In this document: positions 20,808-31,659 of the stretch, one piece after another
How the letters are laid out: each line of letters opens with the position of its first letter
Position numbering within the stretch: the first letter of the stretch is position 1
Made by a program: the position numbers and the translations under genes
IMG/VR virus record: IMGVR_UViG_3300028840_007129
Origin: an uncultured virus (IMG/VR IMGVR_UViG_3300028840_007129)
Lineage: Duplodnaviria > Heunggongvirae > Uroviricota > Caudoviricetes
Length of the DNA stretch: 62,025 nt
Direction: 5' to 3' (one strand)
Notes under the pieces: generated by a model
Databases searched by the model: none
The model's input: only the letters and a program-made list of their open reading frames with translations
What the model was told of the DNA's origin: nothing

Positions 20808-21087
20808 ATCAGTTAGTTATATCACATAGTCCTGGCCGCAGCAGCTCTCTGAGCACGGCGGCCTTTATATTTTTATTCAGTTTTCCTGTATAATGTTCTT
20901 AGGGGCTCCCCTAAGACAAACACTAGGTGGGTTATCCCTATGACCGATGAATGGGCAAAACAACAGGTAGATGAGTATTTGGCCTGGATAAGGTCACTAT
21001 CCGAGAAGGAGCTCAGGGAGATATGCGGAGACCTCTCTGAGCAGAAACACCCTCAGGAAGGCCTCCAGGGGCCTAAGAAAAGGGGTT

Positions 21088-21447
21088 ATGTTGGTAGAAG
21101 GACACGCCGCACACGTTCTGGTTTTGGACGACGAAGAGGTCCGATTAAAGGCGTTTAGAAGAAAGCTTATCGGAAATATCGTTCTAACGGTAAAAACGGC
21201 AGATGAGTGCATCAAGGCCCTTGAGAATTCTACCTGGGATTATGTGTTTCTGGACCACGACCTGGGTGGAAATATTCTTGTGGAATCTGGTAGGGGTACA
21301 GGTTATGAGGTTGCTGAGTGGCTCAGTAACCATCCGGAGAAAAAGCCCAAGGATATTATAATACACTCGTTCAATGCGGCTGGGGCTAAAAACATGCTGA
21401 GTCTTCTTCCCGAAGCTAAGTATATTCCTGGGATCTGGACCCTATGA
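21088..21447 (+). CDS. cyclic-phosphate-processing receiver-like domain protein
   Basis: VLDD, FLDHDLGG, TGYEVAEWL, IIIHSFN. Confidence 0.75.
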   Translation: MLVEGHAAHVLVLDDEEVRLKAFRRKLIGNIVLTVKTADECIKALENSTWDYVFLDHDLGGNILVESGRGTGYEVAEWLSNHPEKKPKDIIIHSFNAAGAKNMLSLLPEAKYIPGIWTL

Positions 21448-22280
21448 ACTACCGTAACCTCCAGAATAATAACCTGACGGACGTGTCTACCTACAACACG
21501 CGGATGCGTCGGGCGTTTCTTGATAAGGTTTTCTTTCTGGATAAAATACCGGGCGCTACCTGTATAGCCGACTTTGGCTGTGCTGATGGGGCTATCATCG
21601 AGTTCGCTCACACAGTATGCCCCGATTTAGGATTCCTCGGTTATGATAAGAGTCCTGAAATGGTTAAACTGGCTATAAATAATTGCCCCTTTGCTGCTTT
21701 TACAGAAACTCTGGATGAGTTTGAGAAAGCTGTAAAATTCAAAAAAACTCACGGTTCTTCTATCTGCCTGTCTCTTCTCAGCATTATTCACGAGGTTTAT
21801 CACTATGGCCCTTCTTCCGTGAATGATTTCTGGAAATTTGTTTTTAAGGAGGACCTTTTTGACTACATTGCCATCAGAGACATGATGGTCTCAAGGAGCA
21901 CCAGTCGGCCCAGTGACCCCATTAGTGTGGCGAAGATTAAGCTCAGCTATGATAAGGAGCGGGTGTCCCAGTGGGAGTCCCGGTGGGGGTCTCTACATGA
22001 GAACTGGTCTCTCGTACACTTTCTTCTTACCTACCAATACGTGAATAGTTGGGAAAGGGAGTGTTACGAGAATTATCTTCCACTAAGCCTTGAAGATTTT
22101 CTGAATATTATTCCTGAAGGCTGGGAGCCCTTTTATATTGATCACTACACGTTACCCTACCTGAGGCAATGCGTTCAGAATGATTTCAGGATAGACCTTC
22201 AAGACAGGACCCATCTTAAGCTGATTCTAAAACGAGTTCCCAGCACAAATATTTCTAAAGAGCCCAGAAATGCTCATTAA
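21444..22280 (+). CDS. SAM-dependent methyltransferase-like protein
   Basis: ADFGCADG, GYD. Confidence 0.7.
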   Translation: MNYRNLQNNNLTDVSTYNTRMRRAFLDKVFFLDKIPGATCIADFGCADGAIIEFAHTVCPDLGFLGYDKSPEMVKLAINNCPFAAFTETLDEFEKAVKFKKTHGSSICLSLLSIIHEVYHYGPSSVNDFWKFVFKEDLFDYIAIRDMMVSRSTSRPSDPISVAKIKLSYDKERVSQWESRWGSLHENWSLVHFLLTYQYVNSWERECYENYLPLSLEDFLNIIPEGWEPFYIDHYTLPYLRQCVQNDFRIDLQDRTHLKLILKRVPSTNISKEPRNAH

Positions 22281-23019
22281 GCTTACCACACACTGTACCA
22301 TGGGATGTTTGCATTGTATGGAAGACGCCACTCCTGATGGCGTCCACATGAGGGACCAGACCTTTGAGCAAGTTTTGGATTTCCTCGGTCGAGTATCTTC
22401 TCCGTTCGTCATGCTCTCCGGTGGTGAACCCACTGACCACCCGCACATTCTTTCGTATATAAAAGAGCTCCAAGACAGAAACATCAAGATACTTTTGATG
22501 TCTAATGGCCTCTTCATGTATGATGAGGCCCTCTGTAGGACCCTCTTAAACAGTGACATCCTTATCCAGATAATAAATGATCTCCGATACTATCCCCGGA
22601 GGGTGCCAAAGCCCCCGGATCATGTTGTTTTTGATACCAAAATCAACGCTCCTTTAGCGCCCTTTGGCAGGGCTTTGGTAAATAACATACCCGTCGAGAG
22701 ACTGAGCCCCACCTGCTTCAACTTCCGATCGCTCATGCGTTCAGGAAGGGATTTTCGAGCGTGCCTGAACTACTTGTGGATGATGGGCCGGTTCTGCACC
22801 CCATCTATCACCCATGAGGGGTATATAGTTGCAGGAGAATCGCGCTTCTGCAGTTCTATAGGGCATGTTACCAGCACTGATGAAGAACTTACAGAAGCGG
22901 CCTGTAGTCTTACCTGTTCTAACTGTGGTCTTGTTAATAATCTCAATTCTGACCAGAAGAGAGCCATAGGGGAATCAGAAGATTTGAAAGAGGAAGAAGT
23001 CCTTAAGAGAGCAATATGA
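22270..23019 (+). CDS. radical SAM protein
   Basis: CTMGCLHC, SGGEPT, SNG. Confidence 0.88.
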   Translation: MLIKLTTHCTMGCLHCMEDATPDGVHMRDQTFEQVLDFLGRVSSPFVMLSGGEPTDHPHILSYIKELQDRNIKILLMSNGLFMYDEALCRTLLNSDILIQIINDLRYYPRRVPKPPDHVVFDTKINAPLAPFGRALVNNIPVERLSPTCFNFRSLMRSGRDFRACLNYLWMMGRFCTPSITHEGYIVAGESRFCSSIGHVTSTDEELTEAACSLTCSNCGLVNNLNSDQKRAIGESEDLKEEEVLKRAI

Positions 23020-24959
23020 AGCTTGCTACCGCTCCCAGTGAAATAAGTGCCATAAGCGCTTCCAATGAATTCCGTGAGATGGAATTCGGAATACGATCCA
23101 TCGATATGGGCCTTATTCTGGATATCTTAAGGTCCAAGATGTATTCGGACCCAATAAAGATAATATGCCAGGAAATAGCTGCGAACGCCCGTGATGCGAA
23201 TCGAGAGGTTGGTAGTAAAAAGAAGCCCATACGTATTTCGTTTCAGGAGAACCTTAATAATCGAAACCAGATAGATTTTGTCATATCTGATGACGGTCCA
23301 GGTATTTCTCCCGAGAACATGGAGAACATTTTTATAAATTATGGGGCCTCAACCAAAAGGAATACCAATGCACTCACGGGTGGTTTTGGTTTAGGGTGCA
23401 AAACACCCTTTGCTTATACGGACAGCTTCAGTATAAGAACGATTTTTGATCATGTCGAATATCTTTATCAGGCCGTTATTGAAAAGGGGAGAAGCGGTAA
23501 GCTCCTCTTAATTGCTAAGAGTGAAACGAACCAGCGCAACGGCACGGATATAATAATACCCATTAATCGTACGGACAGGGACCGATTCGCTGAAGAGAGC
23601 CATCGAGCGACCTATTTGTGGGATGTAAGGCCTGAATTCATAAACATGCCTGAGGTACAAGAGGGGACGAAAATAGAGACCCCTTTCTGGGTCAGAGTGA
23701 GGTCGCCCCTTTTTAGCGAGAACTATTATGCTCTGGTAGATGGTATTGCATACCCTCTTGATAGTGAGTTGCTGTCTCTTGAGGACCTCAAATTTGAGTC
23801 CCTCATGATAAAATTCAAAAATGGGTCTATTCCCATAGCGGCAAATCGGGAATCTATCCATTACGATAACAATACCATCCCTTTTATTAAAAAGAACATT
23901 AAAGAGTGTTTTATCCGGGCTCATGAAAGTATTCAGAACAGGATCTCTGGTTTTGATACAAAAGTAGAGGCGCTTATATATTATGGATCAATGCTGAAGG
24001 GGCTCAGTAAAATTTTTGACAGCTATATCCTAAAATTCAAGTATGGCGATGATGTCATTAAAAATGCTGTCTTTGACCATTTGAGTATCCAAAAAATAGG
24101 CGCTTTTAAGATAGCTGGTTTAAACCAACACATCCCGGAAGATATCACTATTAGAGACGTTTATTACATGGATATGCAGAGAAGGAGCAAGTCCAGAAAC
24201 ACCAAAATCTTCAGTAAAAATGAATTCTTTTATCTCATTCATTGTGACTTAGATAATCCTAAGCACAAAGAAGAGTATGATGCCCTCTGCAAATACATAA
24301 CGGTTAGTCCCTATTCGAAGGTACCCTTTGAAAGATCTCCACGAGGAAGCAGGAAACAGCAGAAAAAGGTCCTCGGGTTAAAAGTCTTGAATACTAAAGA
24401 GAGGGATCTCGTTATAGAGGACACTAGGACTTTATATCCAGATAAAGTCTTCTATTTTCCCTATAACTACGTTTCCGATTATAGAAGAAAAATACAGGAC
24501 TTAATCAGTCTTGAGTTGACCCTCAAAATTCAAATTATCCTGGTCAAGACTAAAGACCTACACCTCATTAATCATATTAAACACGTGAATGAAATCTACA
24601 AAATCTTTTTCTCAAGACTATCAAGAGAGGCTGCGAGAGTTCATTTGCTGCAGTACAAACATAAGGCTCTGTATTATGAGCGACTAACGTCTCTCCCAGA
24701 ACGGTATAAAAAGGCTATGAAAATAGTGACGAAGTTTGGATCAAACCTTAATGGCCTCACCCGGATGTTGAATAATACGATACCTGTACCAAAACGAGTG
24801 AGAGCAGTTACAGCTATAATTGATGAGATAGAGATAAAGTTCCCCCTGGTAGATATTATAGGTAATCGATTTACTGATACTGATACTGTGAATGAACTCA
24901 ATAAATACATAAGATTGGTTATTGATGAGGAGGTAAGGAATGGACATCGGGTGGGTTAA
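23016..24959 (+). CDS. rIIA: rIIA-like protein (GHKL ATPase N-terminus)
   Basis: EIAANARDA, DDGPGI, GGFGLGCKTPFAY; adjacent to rIIB. Confidence 0.85.
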   Translation: MKLATAPSEISAISASNEFREMEFGIRSIDMGLILDILRSKMYSDPIKIICQEIAANARDANREVGSKKKPIRISFQENLNNRNQIDFVISDDGPGISPENMENIFINYGASTKRNTNALTGGFGLGCKTPFAYTDSFSIRTIFDHVEYLYQAVIEKGRSGKLLLIAKSETNQRNGTDIIIPINRTDRDRFAEESHRATYLWDVRPEFINMPEVQEGTKIETPFWVRVRSPLFSENYYALVDGIAYPLDSELLSLEDLKFESLMIKFKNGSIPIAANRESIHYDNNTIPFIKKNIKECFIRAHESIQNRISGFDTKVEALIYYGSMLKGLSKIFDSYILKFKYGDDVIKNAVFDHLSIQKIGAFKIAGLNQHIPEDITIRDVYYMDMQRRSKSRNTKIFSKNEFFYLIHCDLDNPKHKEEYDALCKYITVSPYSKVPFERSPRGSRKQQKKVLGLKVLNTKERDLVIEDTRTLYPDKVFYFPYNYVSDYRRKIQDLISLELTLKIQIILVKTKDLHLINHIKHVNEIYKIFFSRLSREAARVHLLQYKHKALYYERLTSLPERYKKAMKIVTKFGSNLNGLTRMLNNTIPVPKRVRAVTAIIDEIEIKFPLVDIIGNRFTDTDTVNELNKYIRLVIDEEVRNGHRVG

Positions 24960-25998
24960 GACAGAGAAGCATCTGACTGTCGTCTACAATGGAGTTCCGA
25001 CTGCCTTATCCATCGGGACTGGAAAATATGCTGCGGCCATGCGTCTTATAAAGAAGGGCGATAAGGAGGGGCTTATTCGTCTTGTCACGGAAAATCCAAT
25101 TAAAAGTAATAAGATAAAGGTCGTAAAGGGAAAGGTGGTCGATAAAAAGGGTCAGGAAGTACCCCCCGTATTGATTGGCAAACTTCTGACTTTCATCGAT
25201 AAGAAACTCCCGGTCGGTCCGTATGTGAAGTTCCTTGAGAACATAAAACTCAATCCCGACCAGAGGTCCAGAGAACAGCTGTTCGATTATCTGAAGACGA
25301 ACAACTACCCCATAACGAAAGACGGCTGTTTCATTGCCTATAAATACGTGAAGAAGGACGAGAACGGGAAACTCGTAGATAACTATTCTGGGACCTATGA
25401 TAACAGTGTTGGTAAAGTCGTTGCGATGGATAGAAGTAATTGTAATCCTGACCCATATCAGACGTGCAGCCGTGGACTCCATGTGGCAGCTTTTGAATAT
25501 GCCAGTGGGGGTGGTGATGTACTTCTTGAGGTGAAGGTTAATCCAAAGGATGTCGTATCGGTTCCCATCGACTACAACCGGCAAAAGATCCGGGTTTGTA
25601 GGTACGAGGTTCTCAGGGCGGGGGCCTCGGAAATTAAGGAACACTACATGAAGATTAAGGATAGCAGCCCTGAGATAAAGGTATCAGAAGATATCAATTT
25701 TGAGACTATGTCCGGTAAGGAAATCATTGACCACGTTTTGGAAAAGACTGGTATCAGAATTCTTGTATCCCCGAAGAGTAAGAAATCGGTTATCCGGCAT
25801 GCGATGAAAGCTCTTGAAGCTAATCAAAAGGTAGTCACCATGGATGATGTGGACCTGTCAGTCATGAGCGGAGCACAGATTATTGAATACGTTCGCAGTC
25901 AGACGGGCGTTCAAATAGAGTTCTCGCCTAAGAGTAAGAAATCAGTTATCAAGAAGGCCTGGGAAATACTCACAAGTCATGGGATCAAAGTAAAATGA
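24940..25998 (+). CDS. rIIB: rIIB-like protein with duplicated C-terminal domain
   Basis: DGCFIAYK, TCSRGLHV, VKVNPKDVVSVPIDY...RVCRYEV. Confidence 0.88.
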   Translation: MDIGWVKTEKHLTVVYNGVPTALSIGTGKYAAAMRLIKKGDKEGLIRLVTENPIKSNKIKVVKGKVVDKKGQEVPPVLIGKLLTFIDKKLPVGPYVKFLENIKLNPDQRSREQLFDYLKTNNYPITKDGCFIAYKYVKKDENGKLVDNYSGTYDNSVGKVVAMDRSNCNPDPYQTCSRGLHVAAFEYASGGGDVLLEVKVNPKDVVSVPIDYNRQKIRVCRYEVLRAGASEIKEHYMKIKDSSPEIKVSEDINFETMSGKEIIDHVLEKTGIRILVSPKSKKSVIRHAMKALEANQKVVTMDDVDLSVMSGAQIIEYVRSQTGVQIEFSPKSKKSVIKKAWEILTSHGIKVK

Positions 25999-26789
25999 AC
26001 TCAGACCTTGAGAGACAGATGCGTCCAGGTGCCCTCTCTGAAGCGGGCTTTTTGGGCTTAAACGAACGTCTTAATGACGTTATATCTGTTGATCTGAGGA
26101 CCCTTCAGAGACTGGGGCTTACTTTTCAACAGTTTGCGGACCGGCTAGAGACTCTAAGTCAGAAAGCCCACGGGCTCATGCATGGTCATCGTGGCGATAA
26201 TTATTGGAAAATAGTCGAAAAGGGCCTTTTGGTTGAGAAGAAGTATCGGATATCTTGGAATACATACATGGGTTATCAAAAATGTCCCTTTGGATGTGCC
26301 GAGAACGCTGATACCGATTATACAATAGTGAACGTAGAGACTGGAGAATCCGTTTTCTTCTCCGGACTTCATATTCACCTTATCAGAGAGCATCAGTTTT
26401 TCGAGGGCCATACTAAGTATAGGTTAGACCCTGAAACCTGTGCCAGAGTCTTGGACATCAAAGCGGGGGTGGAATATACCCCAGTGTACACTCATAAAGA
26501 ATACTGGGTTGGTAACGGTGGCTGTTGCATAAGTTCTTACAGGACTGTAGATGATTACTTGAGCAGCCATTGGGTTGGTCAAGACGAGAAGATGATGAAG
26601 ACCATACAGACCGGGGTGCCCGTAGATGTCGGTGACGGTCTGTACGCGCTATCTAATGGCGAGGAGTTGCTTATCATTTCTTTAACTTCCCATAAGCGGG
26701 GGGTTGTTATAGACGGTGTCCCCATATGGGACCTGTCGGAGGGCATGTACATGTATAAAAAGCATACTTTCAAATGGGTGGAATCTTGA
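25995..26789 (+). CDS. hypothetical protein
   Basis: 264 aa, coupled to rIIB stop. Confidence 0.75.
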   Translation: MNSDLERQMRPGALSEAGFLGLNERLNDVISVDLRTLQRLGLTFQQFADRLETLSQKAHGLMHGHRGDNYWKIVEKGLLVEKKYRISWNTYMGYQKCPFGCAENADTDYTIVNVETGESVFFSGLHIHLIREHQFFEGHTKYRLDPETCARVLDIKAGVEYTPVYTHKEYWVGNGGCCISSYRTVDDYLSSHWVGQDEKMMKTIQTGVPVDVGDGLYALSNGEELLIISLTSHKRGVVIDGVPIWDLSEGMYMYKKHTFKWVES

Positions 26790-26886
26790 TCGGTTACGGT
26801 TTTTAAAAGTCCTTTCCCTATCCGGTGATTTTATAATATTAGCAATGTGGGATCATCGGACGGAAATGATATAATTTAAAGGATTT

Positions 26887-27141
26887 ATGCAATACTTCTA
26901 CCTAGATAAAAGCGGGAAACGTAAGCGGTACCATTATTGTTCGGACTGCCGAATCCGCTTTACTGAGGACCAGTTGAAATCCCAGGAAGGTGTTCAGAAC
27001 TACGGAACTATTCGTAATCCTATTATTTTGTGCGATGCCTGCAGTATCATAAAACTGGGGCCTAAAAAGGCAAAATCAGCCCTCGATGAAGAACCTGATG
27101 AAGACCGGGTTGATGACCCTATGGAAGGGTCCCCGGATTAG
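26887..27141 (+). CDS. small Zn-finger protein
   Basis: CSDC...CDAC. Confidence 0.65.
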   Translation: MQYFYLDKSGKRKRYHYCSDCRIRFTEDQLKSQEGVQNYGTIRNPIILCDACSIIKLGPKKAKSALDEEPDEDRVDDPMEGSPD

Positions 27142-28254
27142 GTGCATCTTTCGATAGATACTGAATATTCAAAAAGTATTCTGTGCCACATCAAAAAGAG
27201 CACAGGGGACAGTATGAAAAAAGAAGAGCTGGCTAAGTCACATTATGAGTATTTCTCAGAGTATCTTAAGAATACAAAAGTAACTGAGATTCTTCAGAAG
27301 AGCGGTTTGGATTCTGACCCAACGTATGAGGAATTTTTCAGAACTCTATATCCTACGGGTCTTCCTGATGAGGTTCGAGCCCCGGCGGTATATGAGGCTA
27401 ACATACTGTTTCATGCATATCATATGCGTTCAAGTGGCGAACGCCTCTACTATATAACAGAGAATCTCGCTTCTAGGTTAGCTAATACGAGTATTAATGT
27501 TGATACCTACTTTCTCAAAAGCCCCTTTCGAGAAATATTTGTTCAGATTGACCCTGGTCTTTTCAGTGTAATTGACCTGGATGGTACTAAAAACCCAGTT
27601 GTCGGTTTTTATGTGTATCTCCGTGAAATTTCAGGAGTTAAACAACTTAGGATCATAGCGTGCGCCATATTAAAACCAACCCCTGATATACCCTTCAATG
27701 ACTCAGTGTTTTATTATCGCCTTAATTTAGGGCCTGGAAAGATACATGATGAGGTCGATAACTATTTCAAGAACCAGATACAGTTCAATAGGGATGATCT
27801 TGAAAGATATAAGGGTAAGATGAATGTTGATTATCTTCAGGACTTCACATCTTTTGTCATAAATGTCCTTCTTTACCTTACTAGTAAAAATCCTGATATA
27901 ATCAAACAATTACCTGTATATTATAATAGGATGCTTGAGAATATCAAGAATCCGGTTAAAAGGCGTAAATTGGTTAAAAGGATGGATAAGGCCCCAAAAC
28001 TGCCAATTTTCGTAGCTGGGTCTAGTATTAAGGACGACAGGAATACTCAGGCTATAAGCAGATATGGGAGTGTCGGTAAATGGAAACTTTCACATCAACA
28101 AAAAGTCTCTGGTCATTGGAGAGAACAGTGGTACGGTAGTGCAAAGGACAGTACCAGGCATCAGGAGGTTATCTGGATAGAGGATTATATTAGGGGGCCT
28201 GATGCTGGCGATGTCATTTCAAAAACAATACAGGTAGGTAAAAACTCCCTTTGA
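27142..28254 (+). CDS. hypothetical phage protein
   Basis: 370 aa; C-terminal VSGHWREQWYG...WIEDYIRG; true start may be MKKEE. Confidence 0.8.
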   Translation: MHLSIDTEYSKSILCHIKKSTGDSMKKEELAKSHYEYFSEYLKNTKVTEILQKSGLDSDPTYEEFFRTLYPTGLPDEVRAPAVYEANILFHAYHMRSSGERLYYITENLASRLANTSINVDTYFLKSPFREIFVQIDPGLFSVIDLDGTKNPVVGFYVYLREISGVKQLRIIACAILKPTPDIPFNDSVFYYRLNLGPGKIHDEVDNYFKNQIQFNRDDLERYKGKMNVDYLQDFTSFVINVLLYLTSKNPDIIKQLPVYYNRMLENIKNPVKRRKLVKRMDKAPKLPIFVAGSSIKDDRNTQAISRYGSVGKWKLSHQQKVSGHWREQWYGSAKDSTRHQEVIWIEDYIRGPDAGDVISKTIQVGKNSL

Positions 28255-28946
28255 AGGAGTATAGTATGAAATCCCAGTTCAAAAGAATATCAAATATGTT
28301 TGAGCGTGCCCAAGAGTCCTATAGAGAGCAATTGTACCCGGATACAATAGAATCGATAGACTTGATGCTTAAAGCCGTTGATGATCATCTCGATATAATT
28401 TCTATGATTCTTCCTGAAAATCTTCGAAATAGAAGAGAAATGTTTTTTTCATTCCTAGACACGGTCTCTCTGTACGGCGGATGTTGGTCTGAGACAATAT
28501 GTGAGAATAAAGAGGATGTAGATTTTTCTATGGATAGTATCAAGGAGATTATGGCTTATGTAAGTAAAAGTTCTCCACGTAGATATGGGACTGTAAATGT
28601 CCTTGAAAGCACCGGTGCTTTTAAGGTTAAAGATATTATTCCTATAATCGGAACTATCGTTGAAATCGATGGTACACCTATAGACTTGACAAAAGACCGT
28701 TTTATCTGTTTCAGGGAGAGTGGAATCACTTGTAAGAAATGCGGTACAGCGGGCTCTTATTTCCGTTTTGAGAAGGTTATGAGTAAGAATTTTTCAGGTT
28801 GGACTTTGAATTTGTATGATAAGAACCTTATGTATTTCACAAAGGACCACGTAATACCCAAATCTCTAGGTGGCCCTGACCTTCTCAGTAATTACCAAAC
28901 GTACTGTTGGAAGTGCAATCTTGAAAAAGGATCTACCTCAATTTAG
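28251..28946 (+). CDS. HNH endonuclease domain protein
   Basis: CKKCG; TKDHVIPKSLGG...NYQTYCWKCN. Confidence 0.8.
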   Translation: MKEYSMKSQFKRISNMFERAQESYREQLYPDTIESIDLMLKAVDDHLDIISMILPENLRNRREMFFSFLDTVSLYGGCWSETICENKEDVDFSMDSIKEIMAYVSKSSPRRYGTVNVLESTGAFKVKDIIPIIGTIVEIDGTPIDLTKDRFICFRESGITCKKCGTAGSYFRFEKVMSKNFSGWTLNLYDKNLMYFTKDHVIPKSLGGPDLLSNYQTYCWKCNLEKGSTSI

Positions 28947-30579
28947 CAATAAGATACGGACCAAAGTTAGTATCGCCCTTCCTGACTTTATAGCCATGGG
29001 ATTCAAGGTATTTTCTTCTTAATTCATTTATTTCATCAACTGCTTTCTTTGCTTCCTCGGGGTGGTTTTTATCCTGAGACTTTTTTGTTAGACTCTTATA
29101 TTCCTCAAAGGTCATATGAGGCGCAATAATCTTGTGGCTTATTCCTACATATCTATGGGCGCAACAACTCGCGATAAAGATGTAGGGTATCTTTTTCTCT
29201 ATCGCTTTTTTCATTATACCATCAGTCATGCCGCCACATGCATGTTTTAGATATATAGCTTCCGGCATCTCACCGTGTTTATTGCCGATCAAGTCATCAT
29301 TAAGCTTCTCTTCCCAGCCAGGGCCCATTTCAGTCATGGTTTCTTCTATATTTTTCAAATCTTTTAGAAAATTCCATTCATAATTTTTAGCTCTTAATCC
29401 GAGGAGCTCTTTTTGTTTATTAGCTAGGTCCACTCTATTAGGGTCGAATTCAAGACCGGTCCACACATATTCTGGCGCTAAAATCTGTTCATGACCTAGT
29501 CCTGCACCAGGAGCAACGATTCTTGTACCCGGTTTTATCTCTTTTCTCATCTCCTCTAGAAAACCCTTATGACCCATAGCGGCTTTTGTGGCCTGTTTAA
29601 CGGCCTCTGCAAGGGCTTTTGAACCATCAGGGTCCTTGGTGTTTTTATCTCTATATTTCTTTTTTATATCCCTAAGATATAGTGGAATCATCTGCTTGAG
29701 ATATTCCTCGGGATTTCCAATAACTCTTTCGTCCATATCCCCCTTATTTATAGTAGTGGTTCGTACGGGATTTGTTACAATGACCTTATTTATAGTCTTT
29801 TTTTCTTCTTCTGCCGTTCTTATTATTTCCAAGGGAGTTATATGGGAATCCCAATAGGCATCAAACTCTTCCTGCTGGGGCTCTAGAATGATAGTTATAG
29901 GTATGATTTCCCTAAGATGATTTTGAGCTACTCGTAGTGCCCTTTTTCTCGAAGACATACGAATCCTTCCCATGAGGGCCTCTAATTCATTCTCGTTTTC
30001 GGCATTATTGATCAAGGCGCTGATTTCTTTCTTATCATTCAATGATAGAGCCTTAGATTTAAAAAGGGTCTTATTTAGCTCTGATTTTTTCTCTTCAAGA
30101 GGGCTTTTAACTTTTTTTTCCATTGGTTCAACGTTCTTCTTTTTACCCTTTGGTCCCTCAATTTTTCCTGACAGAGACAGCTTTAAATCGTGGATCTCTG
30201 TGGGTTTTTCAGTGCCGTTTATTAAGTTTTTTGACCGCATTGGCTTGGCACCCGGAGCAAGCGCAACTGTTATGTGGGGTATACCACTTACGACTTTCAA
30301 AGAGGGATCAATCTTACGGATGCTTAGAACTGCGTAATTTTCACTTATATATAGTTTTTCAGTCTCTATTTTTATTGTTTTATCTCTCAATGAATCCAGG
30401 TCTGGGTTTATCTCCACAGCGCCTAAATACCCCGGTCCAATAGTCATGTGAAATTCATTTTTGACTTCAAGGCCATCCTTAATGTAGGGCTCGATTTCCT
30501 TTTTGATATTCGTATTTATTACGACCGTCGTCATTCCGTATTCATCGGCTATCTTGTAGCGGGCATTGTGTATTTTCAT
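28933..30579 (-). CDS. 2H-phosphoesterase-like domain fused to methyltransferase-like domain
   Basis: FHMTI and PHITV; PGAGLGH, GLEFD, KHACGGMTD, IASCCAH. Confidence 0.65.
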   Translation of the reverse strand: MKIHNARYKIADEYGMTTVVINTNIKKEIEPYIKDGLEVKNEFHMTIGPGYLGAVEINPDLDSLRDKTIKIETEKLYISENYAVLSIRKIDPSLKVVSGIPHITVALAPGAKPMRSKNLINGTEKPTEIHDLKLSLSGKIEGPKGKKKNVEPMEKKVKSPLEEKKSELNKTLFKSKALSLNDKKEISALINNAENENELEALMGRIRMSSRKRALRVAQNHLREIIPITIILEPQQEEFDAYWDSHITPLEIIRTAEEEKKTINKVIVTNPVRTTTINKGDMDERVIGNPEEYLKQMIPLYLRDIKKKYRDKNTKDPDGSKALAEAVKQATKAAMGHKGFLEEMRKEIKPGTRIVAPGAGLGHEQILAPEYVWTGLEFDPNRVDLANKQKELLGLRAKNYEWNFLKDLKNIEETMTEMGPGWEEKLNDDLIGNKHGEMPEAIYLKHACGGMTDGIMKKAIEKKIPYIFIASCCAHRYVGISHKIIAPHMTFEEYKSLTKKSQDKNHPEEAKKAVDEINELRRKYLESHGYKVRKGDTNFGPYLIAKLR

Positions 30580-30628
30580 TTTTAACCTCCAAAAAAATAT
30601 ATCAATATTAGAAGAATATTAGGTATTT

Positions 30629-31060
30629 ATGGGTGTAACCTGTTTAGTCTCATGGTGTAAGAACGAGGCAGTCCCTAGAGGAAAGTACTGCCCCATACAT
30701 GGATATGGAAAGCAATGTCAGATTAATGGGTGTACAAAGAAAGCCTCAAGGAACTATTCTCTATGTTACTATCATTATGAAACTTTGAAAAAATATTTCT
30801 ATACAAAGCTCTCTAAAGATGATAGGTTCTGGAGTCATGTTAAAAAAGGGACTCCTCATGAATGCTGGGAGTGGGTTTCAGGCCTCAATTCCGGCGGGTA
30901 TGGTTTCTTTTGGGATGGGGATAGTGCCATTCTGGCCCATAAATACGTTTATGAATCCATCCACGGCCTTACCAATTCTAGGATATACCACACATGTACA
31001 AACAGGAAATGTTGCAATCCGAATCATTTAACTCTTGAAAATCCCCGTAAAAAGAAATAG
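30629..31060 (+). CDS. HNH endonuclease
   Basis: CWEW, GYG, AHK, HTCTNRKCCNPNHL. Confidence 0.85.
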   Translation: MGVTCLVSWCKNEAVPRGKYCPIHGYGKQCQINGCTKKASRNYSLCYYHYETLKKYFYTKLSKDDRFWSHVKKGTPHECWEWVSGLNSGGYGFFWDGDSAILAHKYVYESIHGLTNSRIYHTCTNRKCCNPNHLTLENPRKKK

Positions 31061-31095
31061 ATTTGTATTTGATAATCTTTTAAGAGGAGGTTCAT

Positions 31096-31659
31096 GTGAA
31101 GAAAAAACTGTCTGCGAATTTCTGGCTTGAAGAGTTTACGAGTCTGGACTGGTCTGAGCTGGATTTACAGGCTCAGTACATGTTGAGTAATCTCGCATCC
31201 AATATCCTGCAACCAATACGAGACGTATTAGGACCTATAAAAGTGACTTCCGGTGTCCGTACGGTTAAGGACTATCATAATCTTGTTGCAAAGGGTTACA
31301 ACCCCTCTGAGACCTCTGACCATTTCTTTGGGGCCCCTGTAATTCTGAGATCCCCGAAGAAGATCAAAAAGTACGGAAAACGATACACTTATAGCGTCGG
31401 GGCCTCAGATATAGTCCCCGTTGAAGTAGCGACTTATGACGCTTTCAAGAAGGTGCTGAGTTCGTGGAAGACAAAAAAACTCAAGATATCCTATGGACAG
31501 ATTATTTATGAAAAACAGGGGTCGAAGGAGTGGATTCATATCTCGAATCCTACATCCCTTATTTATTCAACGGAATTTATTGATAAATTCTTGAAGAAGA
31601 CCCCAATATTACAAAGTCTTGATGGAGGTAAAACCTACACTATCCCAAAAGATATTTAA
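31096..31659 (+). CDS. peptidase M15 family (endolysin-like)
   Basis: LSANFWLEEF, VTSGVR, SDH...ASDI, WIHIS. Confidence 0.8.
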   Translation: MKKKLSANFWLEEFTSLDWSELDLQAQYMLSNLASNILQPIRDVLGPIKVTSGVRTVKDYHNLVAKGYNPSETSDHFFGAPVILRSPKKIKKYGKRYTYSVGASDIVPVEVATYDAFKKVLSSWKTKKLKISYGQIIYEKQGSKEWIHISNPTSLIYSTEFIDKFLKKTPILQSLDGGKTYTIPKDI

